Positions 1 to 15,699 of a DNA stretch of 64,000 nucleotides are shown piece after piece. The stretch spans positions 192,001-256,000 of the forward strand of contig CAWCPV010000014.1 of assembly GCA_963797555.1 (NCBI GenBank), written 5' to 3'. The notes beneath the pieces are model-generated. The model was not told the origin of the DNA. It saw nothing but the letters and a program-made list of their open reading frames with translations, and did no database searches. The DNA comes from an uncultured Gammaproteobacteria bacterium. GTDB lineage: Bacteria; Pseudomonadota; Gammaproteobacteria; CAWCPV01. The translations under genes were made by a program, and so were the position numbers. The number at the start of each line of letters is the position of its first letter. Positions within the stretch are counted from its first letter, which is position 1.

Positions 1-4
1 CGCT

Positions 5-538
5 GTGAAGCCTCAGCTTCCCGGCCCTCTGGACTCGGTGCTGCGCGAGCTGCCTGGCATCAAGGTGAGGCAGCAGGGCGAGCGCCGCCTGCGTGTCGAC
101 GTGGGCGCCGACGTGTTGCCGGCCCTGTTGGAGCTGCTCAAGGGGCGGGCGGGCTATCTGCACCTGTCCGCGATCTCTTGCGTCGACTGGCCGGAAACCG
201 GCGAGTTCGGGCTGGTCTACCACCTGTGGTCCTATGAGACCAAGATGCTGCTCTCGGCGCATGTCCGCATCCCCACGGATCCGGGGCGCTACGTGTCCGT
301 GTACGACATCTTCACGCCAGCGGCCTTCTTCGAGCGCGACATCCACGAGATGTTCGGGGTTTACTTCGAGGGCGCGCCGGACATGAGCAAGTTCATCCTC
401 ACTGAGTGGCACGGTCCGCCGCCCATGCGTAAGTCGTTTTCCTCCATCGGCTACGTCGAGGATACCTTCGCGTGGCGCGATTACGCTCCCGATTGGCTGC
501 GCGAGATCCAGGCAAAGGGTGGAGGCGTGGTGTTGTGA
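5..538 (+). CDS. NuoC-like / MbxK-type complex I-related subunit (may be 5'-truncated by window edge)
   Basis: LSAISCVDW, FGLVYHL and FERDIHEMFGVYFEG motifs of the complex I 30 kDa subunit family. Confidence 0.85.
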   Translation: MKPQLPGPLDSVLRELPGIKVRQQGERRLRVDVGADVLPALLELLKGRAGYLHLSAISCVDWPETGEFGLVYHLWSYETKMLLSAHVRIPTDPGRYVSVYDIFTPAAFFERDIHEMFGVYFEGAPDMSKFILTEWHGPPPMRKSFSSIGYVEDTFAWRDYAPDWLREIQAKGGGVVL

Positions 539-1677
539 GGCCAGAGAACTATCAGCCGGTCCACCACCCGCCGAGCCATGAGTATGAGCTGTACTTCGGT
601 CCCAACCATCCGGGGATCGAGGGTAACTACGCCCTCAGGGTTCTGCTGAACGGCGATTCCGTGTTGGGCGTACGCGCGGACGGCGGCTACCTGCACCGCG
701 GCTTCGAGAAGCTCATGGAGGAGCGGCTGTGGATCCAGAACGTGGCCCTGGTGCCGCGCATCTGCGTTCCCGATCCGGTACCCATGGAGGAGACTTACGC
801 GCGGGGGGTAGAGACCCTCGGGGGGCTGGAGGTGCCGCAGCGTGCTCAGTGGATCCGCGTGATGCTGATCGAGATGTCGCGCATCTGTGCCCACCTGTTC
901 ACTTTCGGCGGGCACGCGGCGACCATGGGCCTCTACAGCAACATGTTCTGGGGCGTCGCCGACCGGGACCGCCTTCTGGACCTGTTCGAGGAGGTCACCG
1001 GAGGGCGCATCTATCACATGTTCATCACCCCCGGCGGGGTCCGCCGAGACCTCCCGGATGGGTTGCTGGGCCGCCTCTCGGGCGTGCTCGACTATATCCA
1101 GTCGCGCCTGCCCGAGTTCGACGACCTGTTCTTCGAGAACGCCGTATTCGTCAACCGCTCCAGCGGGGTCGGCCGCATGACCCAGGAGCAGGCCCTGTCC
1201 TGGGGGGTGACCGGGCCCAACCTCCGCGCCTGCGGGCTTCCTTTCGACGTGCGCCGTGACGACCCCTACCTGGTCTATGACCAGATCGAGTTCGATATTC
1301 CCGTCGAGGACGACGGCGACGCGCTGGCCCGCGCCAAGGTGCGTCGCTCGGAGGTGATCCAGTCCATACGCATCCTGCGCCAAGTGATCGAGCGGTTGCC
1401 TCGCGTGAGCGGGCCCATCCGGTGTCCGCTGCCCAACCCTCTGGCCTGGAACATTCCGGCCGGCGACGCCTACGTACGCGCCGAGTCGTCCAAGGGTGAG
1501 CTGTGCTACTATCTGGTCTCCACCGGTACCACGCGGCCGTGGCGCGTACACGTGCGCGGGCCGTCTTGCATGCATGCCGTGCAGGTCCTGGAGCGGCTCT
1601 GCGTCGGCGCCCGCTTGGAGGACGTGGCCCAGATCATGTTCTCCCTGGACGCCTGTCCCCCCGAGGTCGACCGCTAG
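535..1677 (+). CDS. NuoD-like / MbxL(MbsL)-type large subunit lacking NiFe CxxC pairs
   Basis: FGPNHP, GYLHRGFEKLME, RICVPD and C-terminal DACPPEVDR; GTG start overlaps upstream stop (GTGA). Confidence 0.85.
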   Translation: MRPENYQPVHHPPSHEYELYFGPNHPGIEGNYALRVLLNGDSVLGVRADGGYLHRGFEKLMEERLWIQNVALVPRICVPDPVPMEETYARGVETLGGLEVPQRAQWIRVMLIEMSRICAHLFTFGGHAATMGLYSNMFWGVADRDRLLDLFEEVTGGRIYHMFITPGGVRRDLPDGLLGRLSGVLDYIQSRLPEFDDLFFENAVFVNRSSGVGRMTQEQALSWGVTGPNLRACGLPFDVRRDDPYLVYDQIEFDIPVEDDGDALARAKVRRSEVIQSIRILRQVIERLPRVSGPIRCPLPNPLAWNIPAGDAYVRAESSKGELCYYLVSTGTTRPWRVHVRGPSCMHAVQVLERLCVGARLEDVAQIMFSLDACPPEVDR

Positions 1678-3506
1678 TGGCCGAGATCAAGCAACGGTAC
1701 AAGGGGAGCATGCTGCGCCCGCTCAAGGCCCTGTCCTTCCTGGGGCGCGAGCCGGTCACGCTGCCATTCGCGCCACGCGAGGCGGCGCCGGTGTACCGAG
1801 GTCTCCACCTGAACGACTGGAAGCTGTGCATCGGGTGCGGGACATGCGCCAGCATTTGCGACAACCGGGCGATCCACATGGTGCACATCCCGGACCTGCC
1901 CGCCGACCCCTTGGAGGGCGTCAAGCCTCGCCGGCCCGCCATCGATTACGGGCGCTGCTGCTGGTGTGCCCTGTGTGTGGACGTTTGTCCCACCGGGTCA
2001 ATCTCTCTGTCGAGGGAGTACATCCACATCAGCCAGAACCTCGACACCTTCTTCATCCTTCCTGACGAGAAGGGCATTCACGGCTACGGCTTTCCGAAAG
2101 GCTGGGCCAAGTCGCAAGACTCCGACCTGCTGGACCTCGACCGCCAGCGTATGCCGCAGCTCGATCCCGAGGCGCGTCTGGAGTCGATGGCGGAGATCGT
2201 GCAGGGCTTCGATGCCCAGACCGCGCTGCTCGAGGCCTCCCGCTGCATCCAGTGCGGGATGTGCCACGATGCGTGTCCGACGCACATGAACGCCCCCGAA
2301 TACATTCGCGCCATCTGGAGCGGGGATGCCGAGGAGGCCGTGCGCCAGATTTACCATACCATGCCGTTTGGGCACGTGTGCGGGCGGGTCTGCACCCACC
2401 GCTGCGAGACCGCCTGCTCCATGGGCAAGCGCGGCGAACCCATCGCCATTCGGTGGCTGAAGCGCTTCGCCATGGACAGCGTGGCCCACGGGCGCGTGAA
2501 GGAGTTGGTCCAGGAGGGCAAGAGCACCGCCCTGGGCGGGCGCAAGATCGCCATGGTGGGTGCCGGCCCGGCCAGCCTGACGGCGGCCTTCGATCTGGCC
2601 CGGCTCGGGCACCAGGTGACGGTATTCGAAGGGCAAGCGGAGCCGGGGGGGATGGTCCGTTACGGCATCCCCGAGTACCGCATGCCGCGAGCGCGCCTCG
2701 ACGACGATGTCGACGTCATCCGCGCCATGAAGGTCGATATTCGTTGCAATACCTGGGTTGGCAAGGATATCAGCATGGACCAGTTGGAGCAGGACTGGGA
2801 TGCCGTGCTGCTGGCCACCGGCCTCCATCTGGGCCGATCGACGCGCGTCCCGGGGTCCGACCACCCGAGGGTGCTGCGCGCGGTGGATCTGCTGCGGGCG
2901 ATGTGGGAAGGGAAAGATGTGGAGGCGGCGGAGCGGATTGTGGTGATCGGCGGCGGAAACGTCGCCATGGACATCGGCCGCAGCATGGCGCGTCTGCAGA
3001 AGCGCCGCTATGGCAAGGTGGACGTGACCCTGACCTGTCTAGAGTCCAGAGAGCAGATGCTGGCCGACCCCGAGGAGATCCGCGAGGCCGAAGAGGAGGG
3101 GCTGCGCGTCTTCCCGGCACGCGGACCCGAATACTGCCTCGTCGAGAGGGATACTCTCAAAGGGCTTCACACGGTGCGCTGCACCTCCATCTTCGATGAG
3201 CAGGGTCGTTTCCATCCCCTCTACGACGAGAGCGACGAAGAGTTCTACGCGGCGGACGCCGTCATCGAGGCCATCGGGCAGGCCGCCAGCCTGGAGTTCT
3301 TGGGGCAAGCGTTGACCGAGCGTTTGGATTGGGGGCGGGCGCGGCCGAAAGTGGATGCCGACGGTCGGACCTCGGTGCCGTGGCTGTGGGCCGCGGGCGA
3401 CTTGGTCGAAGGTCCCGACGTGGTGCACGCCGTGGCGGCCGGCCACCGCGCCGCGCGCAGCATTCACGCGTACCTGACCGCCGAGCTCGTGGAGCAGGCG
3501 GCATGA
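1677..3506 (+). CDS. NuoI-like 2x[4Fe-4S] domain fused to GltD/SudA-like FAD/NAD(P)H oxidoreductase
   Basis: CIGCGTCASIC and CCWCALCVDVCP ferredoxin motifs, then RCIQCGMCHDACP, GRVC, GAGPASL, GGGNVAMD. Confidence 0.85.
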   Translation: MAEIKQRYKGSMLRPLKALSFLGREPVTLPFAPREAAPVYRGLHLNDWKLCIGCGTCASICDNRAIHMVHIPDLPADPLEGVKPRRPAIDYGRCCWCALCVDVCPTGSISLSREYIHISQNLDTFFILPDEKGIHGYGFPKGWAKSQDSDLLDLDRQRMPQLDPEARLESMAEIVQGFDAQTALLEASRCIQCGMCHDACPTHMNAPEYIRAIWSGDAEEAVRQIYHTMPFGHVCGRVCTHRCETACSMGKRGEPIAIRWLKRFAMDSVAHGRVKELVQEGKSTALGGRKIAMVGAGPASLTAAFDLARLGHQVTVFEGQAEPGGMVRYGIPEYRMPRARLDDDVDVIRAMKVDIRCNTWVGKDISMDQLEQDWDAVLLATGLHLGRSTRVPGSDHPRVLRAVDLLRAMWEGKDVEAAERIVVIGGGNVAMDIGRSMARLQKRRYGKVDVTLTCLESREQMLADPEEIREAEEEGLRVFPARGPEYCLVERDTLKGLHTVRCTSIFDEQGRFHPLYDESDEEFYAADAVIEAIGQAASLEFLGQALTERLDWGRARPKVDADGRTSVPWLWAAGDLVEGPDVVHAVAAGHRAARSIHAYLTAELVEQAA

Positions 3507-4027
3507 CGGACCAGCACGACAAGCTTGAGCCGGAGGGTGGTAGCGGCTACCATCGGCTCAAGGAGAAGCAGTCTCTGGGGGAGATCCTGGAGACCGCTAT
3601 GTCCTTCGAGCGCACGGCACGCGACTTCTACACCGCCCTGATGGACCGGGTGAGCAAGCCCACGCGCTCGCTCGTCGAAGAGCTTGCCCAGGAGGAGGTG
3701 CGTCACTACGAGCTGTTCAAGGAGCTGGCGCAGCGGCCCGACGTGAAGGAGTGCATCAGCGAAGAGATCCGGACGCCGCCCAGCGACCACCGTTTTTCGG
3801 ACTACATCCAGATCCCGCGTCTCGATGAGTTCCCCGACGAGCAGAGTATCCTGCAGTATGCCCTGGGGCGCGAGCAGGCGGCCATGGAGCAATACAGCAC
3901 GCTGGCCGCGGATACGCCCCCGGGGTCCATGCAGGACCTGTTCCGTTTCCTGGCCCAGGAGGAGTTGAGGCACAAGGGGGAGCTGGAGAAGCGTTACTAC
4001 GAGCTGGTGTACAGCACCAGCGTGTGA
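3503..4027 (+). CDS. rubrerythrin/ferritin-like di-iron protein
   Basis: two LAQEExRH-type ExxH motifs; ATGA overlap with upstream gene. Confidence 0.8.
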   Translation: MTDQHDKLEPEGGSGYHRLKEKQSLGEILETAMSFERTARDFYTALMDRVSKPTRSLVEELAQEEVRHYELFKELAQRPDVKECISEEIRTPPSDHRFSDYIQIPRLDEFPDEQSILQYALGREQAAMEQYSTLAADTPPGSMQDLFRFLAQEELRHKGELEKRYYELVYSTSV

Positions 4028-4162
4028 TGCCTGATCGGGACGCATTCTGGCGGTGGCGAGCGGCTGGCGACGAATAGCCGGTGATTGTGCGCCGAGCCGC
4101 GGTTTCGAATCACGAATCACGGCCCACGAGTCATACATAATGTAGGGACTGGAGGAGAGTTT

Positions 4163-5212
4163 ATGAGCAATGTCCTAGCGCTGCTCGGGGATGAGGCGGA
4201 AGCGCTGTTGACCTATCGCTGCAAGGGAATCCCCAAAGAGATGCTGCACCTGCCGGGTCCGGACTTCGTGGATCGCGTGGTGGCGAGCACCGACCGCGGC
4301 CCGGCGGTCATGCGCAGCCTCCAGACGCTGATGAGCCACGGCCGCCTGGCTGGGACCGGCTACCTGTCCATCCTGCCGGTAGACCAGGGGGTGGAGCACT
4401 CCGCCGGAGCCTCCTTCGCCCCCAATCCGCTCTACTTCGACCCGGAGAATATCGTCAAGCTCGCCATCGAGGGCGGCTGTAATGCCGTCGCTTCCACCCT
4501 GGGGGTGCTGGGGGCGGTCGCGCGCAAGTATGCGCACAAGATTCCCTTTCTGATGAAGATCAACCACAACGAGCACCTGAGCTACCCGAACCTGTACGAT
4601 CAGACGCTGTTCGCCAGCGTGCAGCAGGCTTTCGAGATGGGGGCGGTCGCGGTGGGCGCCACCATCTACTTCGGCTCGGAGGAGTCGCGGCGCCAAATTC
4701 AAGAGGTGAGCGAGGCATTCGCCCTGGCCCACGAGCTGGGACTGGCGACGGTGCTGTGGGCGTACCTGCGCAATGCCGCCTTCACACACGACGGGGTCGA
4801 CTACCATGCGTCCGCCGACCTCACCGGCCAGGCCAACCACTTGGCGGTGACCATCCAGGCGGACATCGTCAAACAGAAACAGGCCGTCAACAACGGCGGC
4901 TACACGGCTATCAAGTTCGGGCATACCAACCCGAAGGTCTACAGTGAGCTGACCAGCGAGCATCCCATCGACTGGGTGCGGTACCAAGTGGCCAACTGCT
5001 ACATGGGCCGGGCTGGTCTCATCAACTCCGGTGGGCCCGCCGGCAAGGATGACTTGCACCAGGCGGTGCGCACGGCGGTCATCAACAAGCGCGCCGGGGG
5101 CATGGGGGTCATCTCGGGGCGCAAGGCATTCCAGCGCCCCATGGCCGAGGGGGTGGCGCTGATGAACGCTATCCAGGACGTATATCTCTCCCCTCAAGTC
5201 AGCGTCGCTTAG
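4163..5212 (+). CDS. fbaB: class I fructose-bisphosphate aldolase
   Basis: [39 protein letters not shown]; GGAGGAG RBS. Confidence 0.93.
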   Translation: MSNVLALLGDEAEALLTYRCKGIPKEMLHLPGPDFVDRVVASTDRGPAVMRSLQTLMSHGRLAGTGYLSILPVDQGVEHSAGASFAPNPLYFDPENIVKLAIEGGCNAVASTLGVLGAVARKYAHKIPFLMKINHNEHLSYPNLYDQTLFASVQQAFEMGAVAVGATIYFGSEESRRQIQEVSEAFALAHELGLATVLWAYLRNAAFTHDGVDYHASADLTGQANHLAVTIQADIVKQKQAVNNGGYTAIKFGHTNPKVYSELTSEHPIDWVRYQVANCYMGRAGLINSGGPAGKDDLHQAVRTAVINKRAGGMGVISGRKAFQRPMAEGVALMNAIQDVYLSPQVSVA

Positions 5213-5215
5213 CCG

Positions 5216-6373
5216 TTGGGTCACTCTGTTGTGCCGAAAGAGGCGCCGCCGCCACGCGTCATCGGTGTCCTGACCGCCGGAGGGGACTGCCAGGGCCTGA
5301 ACGCCGCCATCCGCGGGGTGGCGAAGGCGGCCATCAGCACCTATGGGATGGAGGTCATCGGGTTCCACGACGGCTTCCGCGGCCTGGTCGAGAACCGCTT
5401 CGAGCGCCTGAGCGATGCACGCGTCTCGGGCATCCTGACGCTCGGCGGCACCATCCTCGGGACGAGCCGGGACAAGCCCCACAAGATGCCCGTGGGCGGT
5501 GCGACGGTGGATATGACCGCTCAGGCGGTGGAGAACTATCAGCGGCTGCACCTGGATGCACTGGTCTGCATAGGCGGCGGCGGGACCCAGAAGAACGCCC
5601 TGCGTCTGATGCGCAAGAGCAACCTTCGGGTCATCACCCTCCCCAAGACCATCGACAACGACGTGCCGGGGACGGACGTGTGCTTCGGCTACGATACTGC
5701 GGTGCAGATCGCCACCGAGGCCATCGACCGGCTGCATTCGACGGCTTCGAGTCACAGCCGCGTGATGTTGGTGGAGATCATGGGACATAATACGGGCTGG
5801 CTCACCGCAGCGGCGGGTCTGGCTGGGGGGGCGGACGTGGTGATCATCCCGGAGATCCCCTATCAGTTGGACAAGATGGCTCAGGCCCTGGTCGAGCGCC
5901 ACCGGCGCGGCAAGCGCTTCTCCATCGTGGCCGTGGCCGAGGGTGCGGTTTCGGTGGAGGAGCACGAGCGCCTCACCAATGAGCGGCGCGGCAAGAAGCA
6001 GACGAAGGCCGAGGCGGAAGAGGATTCGGCGGATGGCAACAACGAAAATGTGTCCGGGAGTGGCGAGCGGGCGGCTGCGATCCTCCTCCGACGCCTGCCC
6101 GAGCTGACCGGCCTGGAGACGCGGCTGACCTCGCTGGGTCACGTGATGCGCGGCGGCACGCCGTCCGCCACTGACCGCATCCTGGCGACCCAGTTGGGAA
6201 GCAAGGCCGTGGAGCTGCTGGCCGAGGATGTGTCCGGGGTCATGGTCGCGGTGCGGGGTCGACGCTTGGAGCCGGTGCCGCTGGAGGAGGTTGCGGGTCA
6301 GCGCCAAAGCGTGCCGTTGGAGCATCCCCTGCTACGGAGCTTGCGTATGCTGAACATCTCCCTTGGCGCTTGA
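5216..6373 (+). CDS. pfkA: 6-phosphofructokinase (PfkA family)
   Basis: [39 protein letters not shown]. Confidence 0.9.
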   Translation: MGHSVVPKEAPPPRVIGVLTAGGDCQGLNAAIRGVAKAAISTYGMEVIGFHDGFRGLVENRFERLSDARVSGILTLGGTILGTSRDKPHKMPVGGATVDMTAQAVENYQRLHLDALVCIGGGGTQKNALRLMRKSNLRVITLPKTIDNDVPGTDVCFGYDTAVQIATEAIDRLHSTASSHSRVMLVEIMGHNTGWLTAAAGLAGGADVVIIPEIPYQLDKMAQALVERHRRGKRFSIVAVAEGAVSVEEHERLTNERRGKKQTKAEAEEDSADGNNENVSGSGERAAAILLRRLPELTGLETRLTSLGHVMRGGTPSATDRILATQLGSKAVELLAEDVSGVMVAVRGRRLEPVPLEEVAGQRQSVPLEHPLLRSLRMLNISLGA

Positions 6374-6416
6374 CGCCTCTGGGGCCGAGACGAACGATCG
6401 AAGGAGGACGAGAGCG

Positions 6417-8889
6417 ATGAGCGAATTCAAGTATGTACGGCGTTTCGCCGAGCTGGGAATCGGAAACGTCCCGCTGGTGGGCGGCAAGAACGCGTCCCTC
6501 GGAGAAATGTACCGCGAGCTGTCATCCCAGGGTGTGAAGGTGCCCAACGGCTTTGCGACCACGGCCGCGGCCTTCCGCTATTACCTGGAGCACAATGGGC
6601 TCAAGGAACGCATCGGCGATGCGCTGGCGAAGCTGGATCCGAACGACGTCGACGCCCTGGCGCATACCGGAGCCGAGATCCGTAGCTGGATCATCGACGC
6701 CAGCCTGCCGGACGACCTCGCCGACGAGATCAAGGTGGCCTACGAGGAGCTGAGTCGTGAATCCGGGCCAAACACCGGACGTAGCCGTCCGCAGCTCCGC
6801 GACCGCCGAGGACCTGCCGGACGCCTCCTTCGCGGGCCAGCAAGAGACCTACCTGAACGTCAAGGGCGTGGACAACCTGCTGCGCACCTGCAAGCGCGTG
6901 CTCGCCTCGCTGTTCACCGACCGCGCTATCCATTATCGGGTGGACAAGGGCTTCGACCACATGAGCATCGCGCTGTCCATCGGGGTGCAGAAGATGGTGC
7001 GCTCCGACAAAGGGGCCTCGGGGGTGATTTTCACCCTGGATACCGAGTCCGGGTTCCGGGACGCGGTGTTCATCACCGGCGCCTATGGGCTGGGCGAGAA
7101 CGTGGTGCAAGGCGCGGTCAACCCCGACGAGTTCTACGTGCACAAGCCCACCCTGGAGAAGGGCTTCCGCCCCATCATCAAGCGTCACATGGGTGAAAAG
7201 GCGATCAAGATGATTTACGCCAGGGACCCGGTGACGGGGCAGGCCACGAGCAACGTGCACGTGCGCAAGGAAGAGCGGCAGCGCTTCTGCATCAGCGACG
7301 ACGACGTGCTGCAGCTCGCGCGCTACGCCGTCGTCATCGAGAAGCACTACAGCAAGAAGGCGAAGCAGCCCCGCCCGATGGACATCGAGTGGGCCAAGGA
7401 CGGGATCTCGGGCGAGCTGTTCATCGTGCAGGCGCGACCCGAGACCGTGCATTCTCTGAGGAAAGGCGCTTTCCACGACGTTTTCACCTTGGAGCAGCGC
7501 GGCAAGGTGCTGGCCCAGGGCAAGAGCGTGGGCGGCAAGATTGCAGTCGGCCGTGCCCGCGTCATCCTGGAAGCCGAGCACATGAACGAGCTCAAGCCGG
7601 GGGAGGTGCTGGTCACGGATATGACCGACCCGGACTGGGAGCCCATCATGAAGATCGCGAGCGCCATCGTCACCAACCGTGGCGGGCGCACGTGTCACGC
7701 GGCCATCATCTCGCGCGAGCTCGGCATCCCCGCGGTGGTCGGATCGGGCGATGCCACGCAAGTCCTGCACAGCGGTCAGGAGGTGACGGTCTCCTGCGCC
7801 GAAGGGGACGCCGGCTACATCTACGAGGGGGCGCTGCCGTTCCGTAAGGAAAGCATCGACATGGCCTCTCTGGGCACGCCCAAGACCAAGATCATGCTGA
7901 ACGTGGGCAGCCCCGAGCAGGCATTCGAGTTCGCCAACCTGCCATCGGCCGGGGTGGGGCTGGCGCGGCTCGAGTTCATCATCATGAACAGCATCGGCAT
8001 CCACCCCAAGGCGCTGCTCGACTATTTCTCCATGGAGCCGACGCTGCGCCACAAGATCGACAGCATGATCGCGGGTTATCCCAGCCCTAAGGATTACTAC
8101 ATTCAAAAGCTCGCGGAAGGCATCGGCACCATCGGGGCGGCGTTCTATCCCAAGCCCGTGATCGTGCGCCTGAGCGACTTCAAGTCCAACGAGTACGCTC
8201 AGCTCTTGGGCGGCGAGCACTTCGAGCCGAAAGAGGAGAACCCGATGATCGGGTTCCGCGGGGCCTTCCGCTATCCGTCCAAGCAATTCGTGGACTGCTT
8301 CGCGTTGGAGTGTGCGGCCATGAAGAAGGTGCGGGACGAGATGGGGCTCACCAACGTCGAGGTCATGATCCCCTTCGTGCGCACCATCGACGAGTTGAGC
8401 AAGGTGCTGAGCATCATGGCCAAGAACGGCCTGCGTCGTGGCGAGAACGGCCTGCGCGTGATCCTGATGTGCGAGATCCCGGCCAACGCGTTGTTGGCGG
8501 ACGAGTTCCTCAAGCACTGCGACGGGTTCTCCATCGGCTCCAACGACCTCACGCAGTGCACCTTGGGCGCGGACCGCGACTCCGGCATCCTCACCGGGCT
8601 GGACGAGCGCAACCCGGCGGTGCTCAAGCTGATGGACATGGCCATCAGTGCCTGCAACAAGCACGGCAAATACGTGGGCATCTGCGGCCAGGCGCCGTCC
8701 GATTTCCCCGAGATCACCAGTTGGCTGGTGGACAGGGGTATCCAGTCGATCTCTTTGAACCCGGACAGCGTGCTCACCATGACCGAGGTGGTGCTGGACA
8801 TGGAGCAGCAGAAGGCCGAGATCGAGTCCGGCAAGAAGGGGGCGGCCCGGGCCACGGCGCGGAAGGCCCAGCAGCGGATAGCGGTCTAA
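6417..8889 (+). CDS. ppsA: phosphoenolpyruvate synthase (apparent frameshift near 6760-6775)
   Basis: N-terminal [11 protein letters not shown] in one frame continues as [45 protein letters not shown] in the next frame. Confidence 0.9.
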
Positions 8890-9005
8890 GGGTCCGAAGT
8901 CGGCGGCGCCACTGCCGACAACAGGGATGGGTCCGCGAGGCGCCGCGAGTGCCCCGCGGACCGCGACGGGATGGAACCCGCAGTCCAGCAGTGAGGAGGA
9001 ACAGG

Positions 9006-10641
9006 ATGAACGGCAAGCCGAGCGATATGACGCGCCCGGTGGACCTCAGCCATGAGGAGCGCACCGGGCCGTTCCGTACCCACCGTCCCATCTACGTCGA
9101 CCAGCTTCCGCCCTGCAACAACGCGTGCCCCGCGGGAGAGAACATCCAGGCTTGGCTGGCCTATGCCCAGGAGGGCCGCTTCCAGGACGCCTGGCAGGTC
9201 CTGATCCAGGACAACCCCATGCCCGCGGTGCACGGGCGGGTCTGTTACCACCCGTGCGAGGATAGCTGCAACCGCGGCGTTCTGGACACCTCGGTGAGCA
9301 TCCATGCGGTGGAGCGGTTTCTAGGCGAATCGAGCGATCGCCGAAGGGTGGAAGCCTGTCTGGGAGGCGCGTCCGAGCGGCAAGCGGGTGCTCATCGTGG
9401 GGGCCGGGCCCTCCGGCATATCCGCGGCCTATCATCTCATCCGCCTGGGGCATTCGGTGGAGGTCCACGACGCGGGGCCGCTCGCCGGCGGCATGATGCA
9501 TTTCGGCATTCCCGCCTATCGGCTGCCCCGGGACATGCTCGAAGCCGAGATCCATCGCATCGAGGACATGGGTGCCCGCTTGGTGATGAATCACCAGGTG
9601 GAGGACCTGTTGGCGGAGAAGGAGGCGGGCGGCTTCGACGCGGTGTTCATCGCAATCGGTGCCCACATCAGCAAGCGCACCGCGATCCCCGCCCGCGATG
9701 CCGGGAAGATGCTGGATGCGGTGACCTTCCTCCAAGACGTAGAGACCGGACAGGCGCCCAAGCTGGGGCGCCGTGTCGCGATCTACGGGGGCGGCAACAC
9801 GGCCATGGACGCCGCGCGCACTGCCAAGCGGCTGGGGGCGGAAGAAGCCCTGATCATCTATCGGCGCGACCGCGCCCATATGCCGGCCCATGAGTTCGAG
9901 GCCGATGAGGCCATGGAGGAAGGAGTCAAGATCCACTGGCTGCGCACCATCAAGCAGATCGACGAGACCCATTTCACGGTCGAAGTTATGGAGCTGGACG
10001 ACCAGGGCTATCCCCAGCCCACGGGCACGCTGGAGACCCTGGAGGCCGACTCCCTCATCATGGCCCTGGGCCAGGACGTGGATACCGGGTTCATGAAGCG
10101 CGTCCCCGGCGTGGAGTTCAAGAAGGACGGCACCGTCATCGTGGACGACAACATGATGACCGGCCACCCGGGACTTTTCGCGGGCGGGGACATGGTGCCC
10201 AGCCAGCGCACCGTCACGGTGGCGGTGGGCCACGGCAAGAAAGCGGCGCGCCACATCGATGCCTACCTGCGCGGTACCAAGTACCTCAAGCGGCCCAAGC
10301 ACGACTTGGCCTCTTTCGACAAGCTGCACGTCTGGTTCTATACCGACGCGCCGCGTCGGCCGCAAGCGCAACTGGAGGTCACTCGCCGCACCGCAGGATT
10401 CGAGGAGGTGATGGCGGGCCTGAGCGAGAAGGAGGCCCACTACGAGGCGCGCCGCTGCCTGTCCTGCGGCAACTGCTTCGAGTGCGACGGCTGCTACGGC
10501 GCATGTCCGGAGGACGCCATCGTCAAGCTGGGCACGGGCAAGCGCTACCGCTACGACTACAGCCTATGCACCGGCTGCGCTATCTGTTTCAACCAGTGTC
10601 CCTGCCACGCCATCGAAATGATTCCCGAGCCCGCCGCATGA
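9006..10641 (+). CDS. GltD-like FAD/NAD(P)-binding Fe-S oxidoreductase, PFOR-associated (apparent frameshift near 9330-9380)
   Basis: PPCNNACPAGENIQ and GRVCYHPCE, then GAGPSG, GGGNTAMD and C-terminal CLSCGNCFECDGC/CTGCAIC. Confidence 0.85.
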
Positions 10642-10648
10642 GGCTGCC

Positions 10649-14263
<3,615 letters not shown>

Positions 14264-14320
14264 GCCCCAGGGCGGAGCTTCGCATGGACCGAGTCAGGAC
14301 GCAGAACGAGAGGTAGCCAA

Positions 14321-15325
14321 ATGGACCTGCGCACCAGCTACATGGGCTTGAACCTGCAGCATCCCGTGGTGGTGTCCGCTTCGCCGCTGTCCGCGAAGCT
14401 CGAGAACATCAAGCAGATGGAGGATGCCGGCGCGGCCGCGGTGGTGATGTTCTCCCTGTTCGAGGAGCAGATTCAGCACGAGCAGGAGGCATTCGAGCAC
14501 CTGACCTCCTATGGCTCGGAGTTCTACGCCGAATCCCTCGGCTACTTCCCCAAGGTCGAGGATTACACCGTGGGTCCCGAGCAGTATCTCGATCTGCTGC
14601 GGCGCGCCTCCGAGAGCGTGAGCATCCCCGTCATCGGGAGCCTGAACGGCATCACCAACCGCGGCTGGGTGGACTATGCGCGCCAGATGGCGGAGGCCGG
14701 GGCGCAGGGAATCGAGCTCAACGTCTACTACATCCCGGCGGACTTGGACGAATCGGGCCGCGACGTGGAGGGCCGTTACCTGGACATCGTGCGCGCCGTC
14801 AGGAGCGCCGTGTCGGTGCCCGTAGCCATGAAGCTCAGCCCCTTCTTCAGCGCCACCGGAAACATGGCCCGGCAGCTCGATGAAGCCGGCGCCGACGCAC
14901 TGGTTCTGTTCAACCGCTTCTACCAGCCCGACTTCGATCTGGACGAGCTGGAAGTGGCGTCGACGCTGGAGTTGAGCACCCCTGCCGAGATCCGACTGCC
15001 GCTGCTCTGGATCGCCATCCTTTACGGGCGCGTGAGCTGCTCGCTGGCGGCCACCACCGGCGTCCACACTCCGGCCGAGGTGATCAAGTACCTGATGGCC
15101 GGCGCAGATGCGGTGATGACCACGTCCGCGCTGCTCAAGAACGGCATCGGTCACCTCACCAAGCTGGTGGACGGCCTGAAGGAGTGGATGGACCGCCGGG
15201 GCTACGTGTCGGTCCAGCAGATGAAAGGCTCCATGAGCCAGCAGAACGTCGGCGACCCGACCGCGTTCGAACGGGCCAACTACATCAAGATCCTGGAGAG
15301 CTACAAGAGCCCGTACATGGCGTAG
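14321..15325 (+). CDS. dihydroorotate dehydrogenase-like flavoprotein
   Basis: DLRTSYMGLNLQHPVVVSASPL, MKLSPFF, LFNRFYQPD, ERANY. Confidence 0.88.
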   Translation: MDLRTSYMGLNLQHPVVVSASPLSAKLENIKQMEDAGAAAVVMFSLFEEQIQHEQEAFEHLTSYGSEFYAESLGYFPKVEDYTVGPEQYLDLLRRASESVSIPVIGSLNGITNRGWVDYARQMAEAGAQGIELNVYYIPADLDESGRDVEGRYLDIVRAVRSAVSVPVAMKLSPFFSATGNMARQLDEAGADALVLFNRFYQPDFDLDELEVASTLELSTPAEIRLPLLWIAILYGRVSCSLAATTGVHTPAEVIKYLMAGADAVMTTSALLKNGIGHLTKLVDGLKEWMDRRGYVSVQQMKGSMSQQNVGDPTAFERANYIKILESYKSPYMA

Positions 15326-15544
15326 CACGGCGGGACGGCGGAGGACGGCGTATCGGCGGCAGATGCTGGTCCGGAGCCAGTGGTTAGGAATCAGCGGTTC
15401 GCGGGTTGGATCCTGTCGCTAGCTTCATAAAATACAGTAACTTATCAAACCATTCCCCGGCATCGCCCGGCAAGCGTCACGGTCAAGAAAAGACGTCCCG
15501 CCGGCAACCGGCTTGGGGCGGCAGTATACCATCGCACCGTGTTG

Positions 15545-15576
15545 TTCCGGACTCCGTTTCGCTTCATCCCGACTAC
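15545..15576 (-). repeat. GTAG-family REP-like palindrome
   Basis: minus strand GTAGTCGGGATGAAGCGAAACGGAGTCCGGAA: GTAG followed by an imperfect hairpin. Confidence 0.45.
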
Positions 15577-15699
15577 GCTCACTTGCAGGCGAACTCCGGC
15601 TCCGCTTCTTCTCCTGCCCATCGTCCAGCGCCGCCTTTTGCGGCAGCCCATCGAGGTGCTGGTCGAGATTCTCCTTGGTGCGCAGCAGCGCCAAGATGC

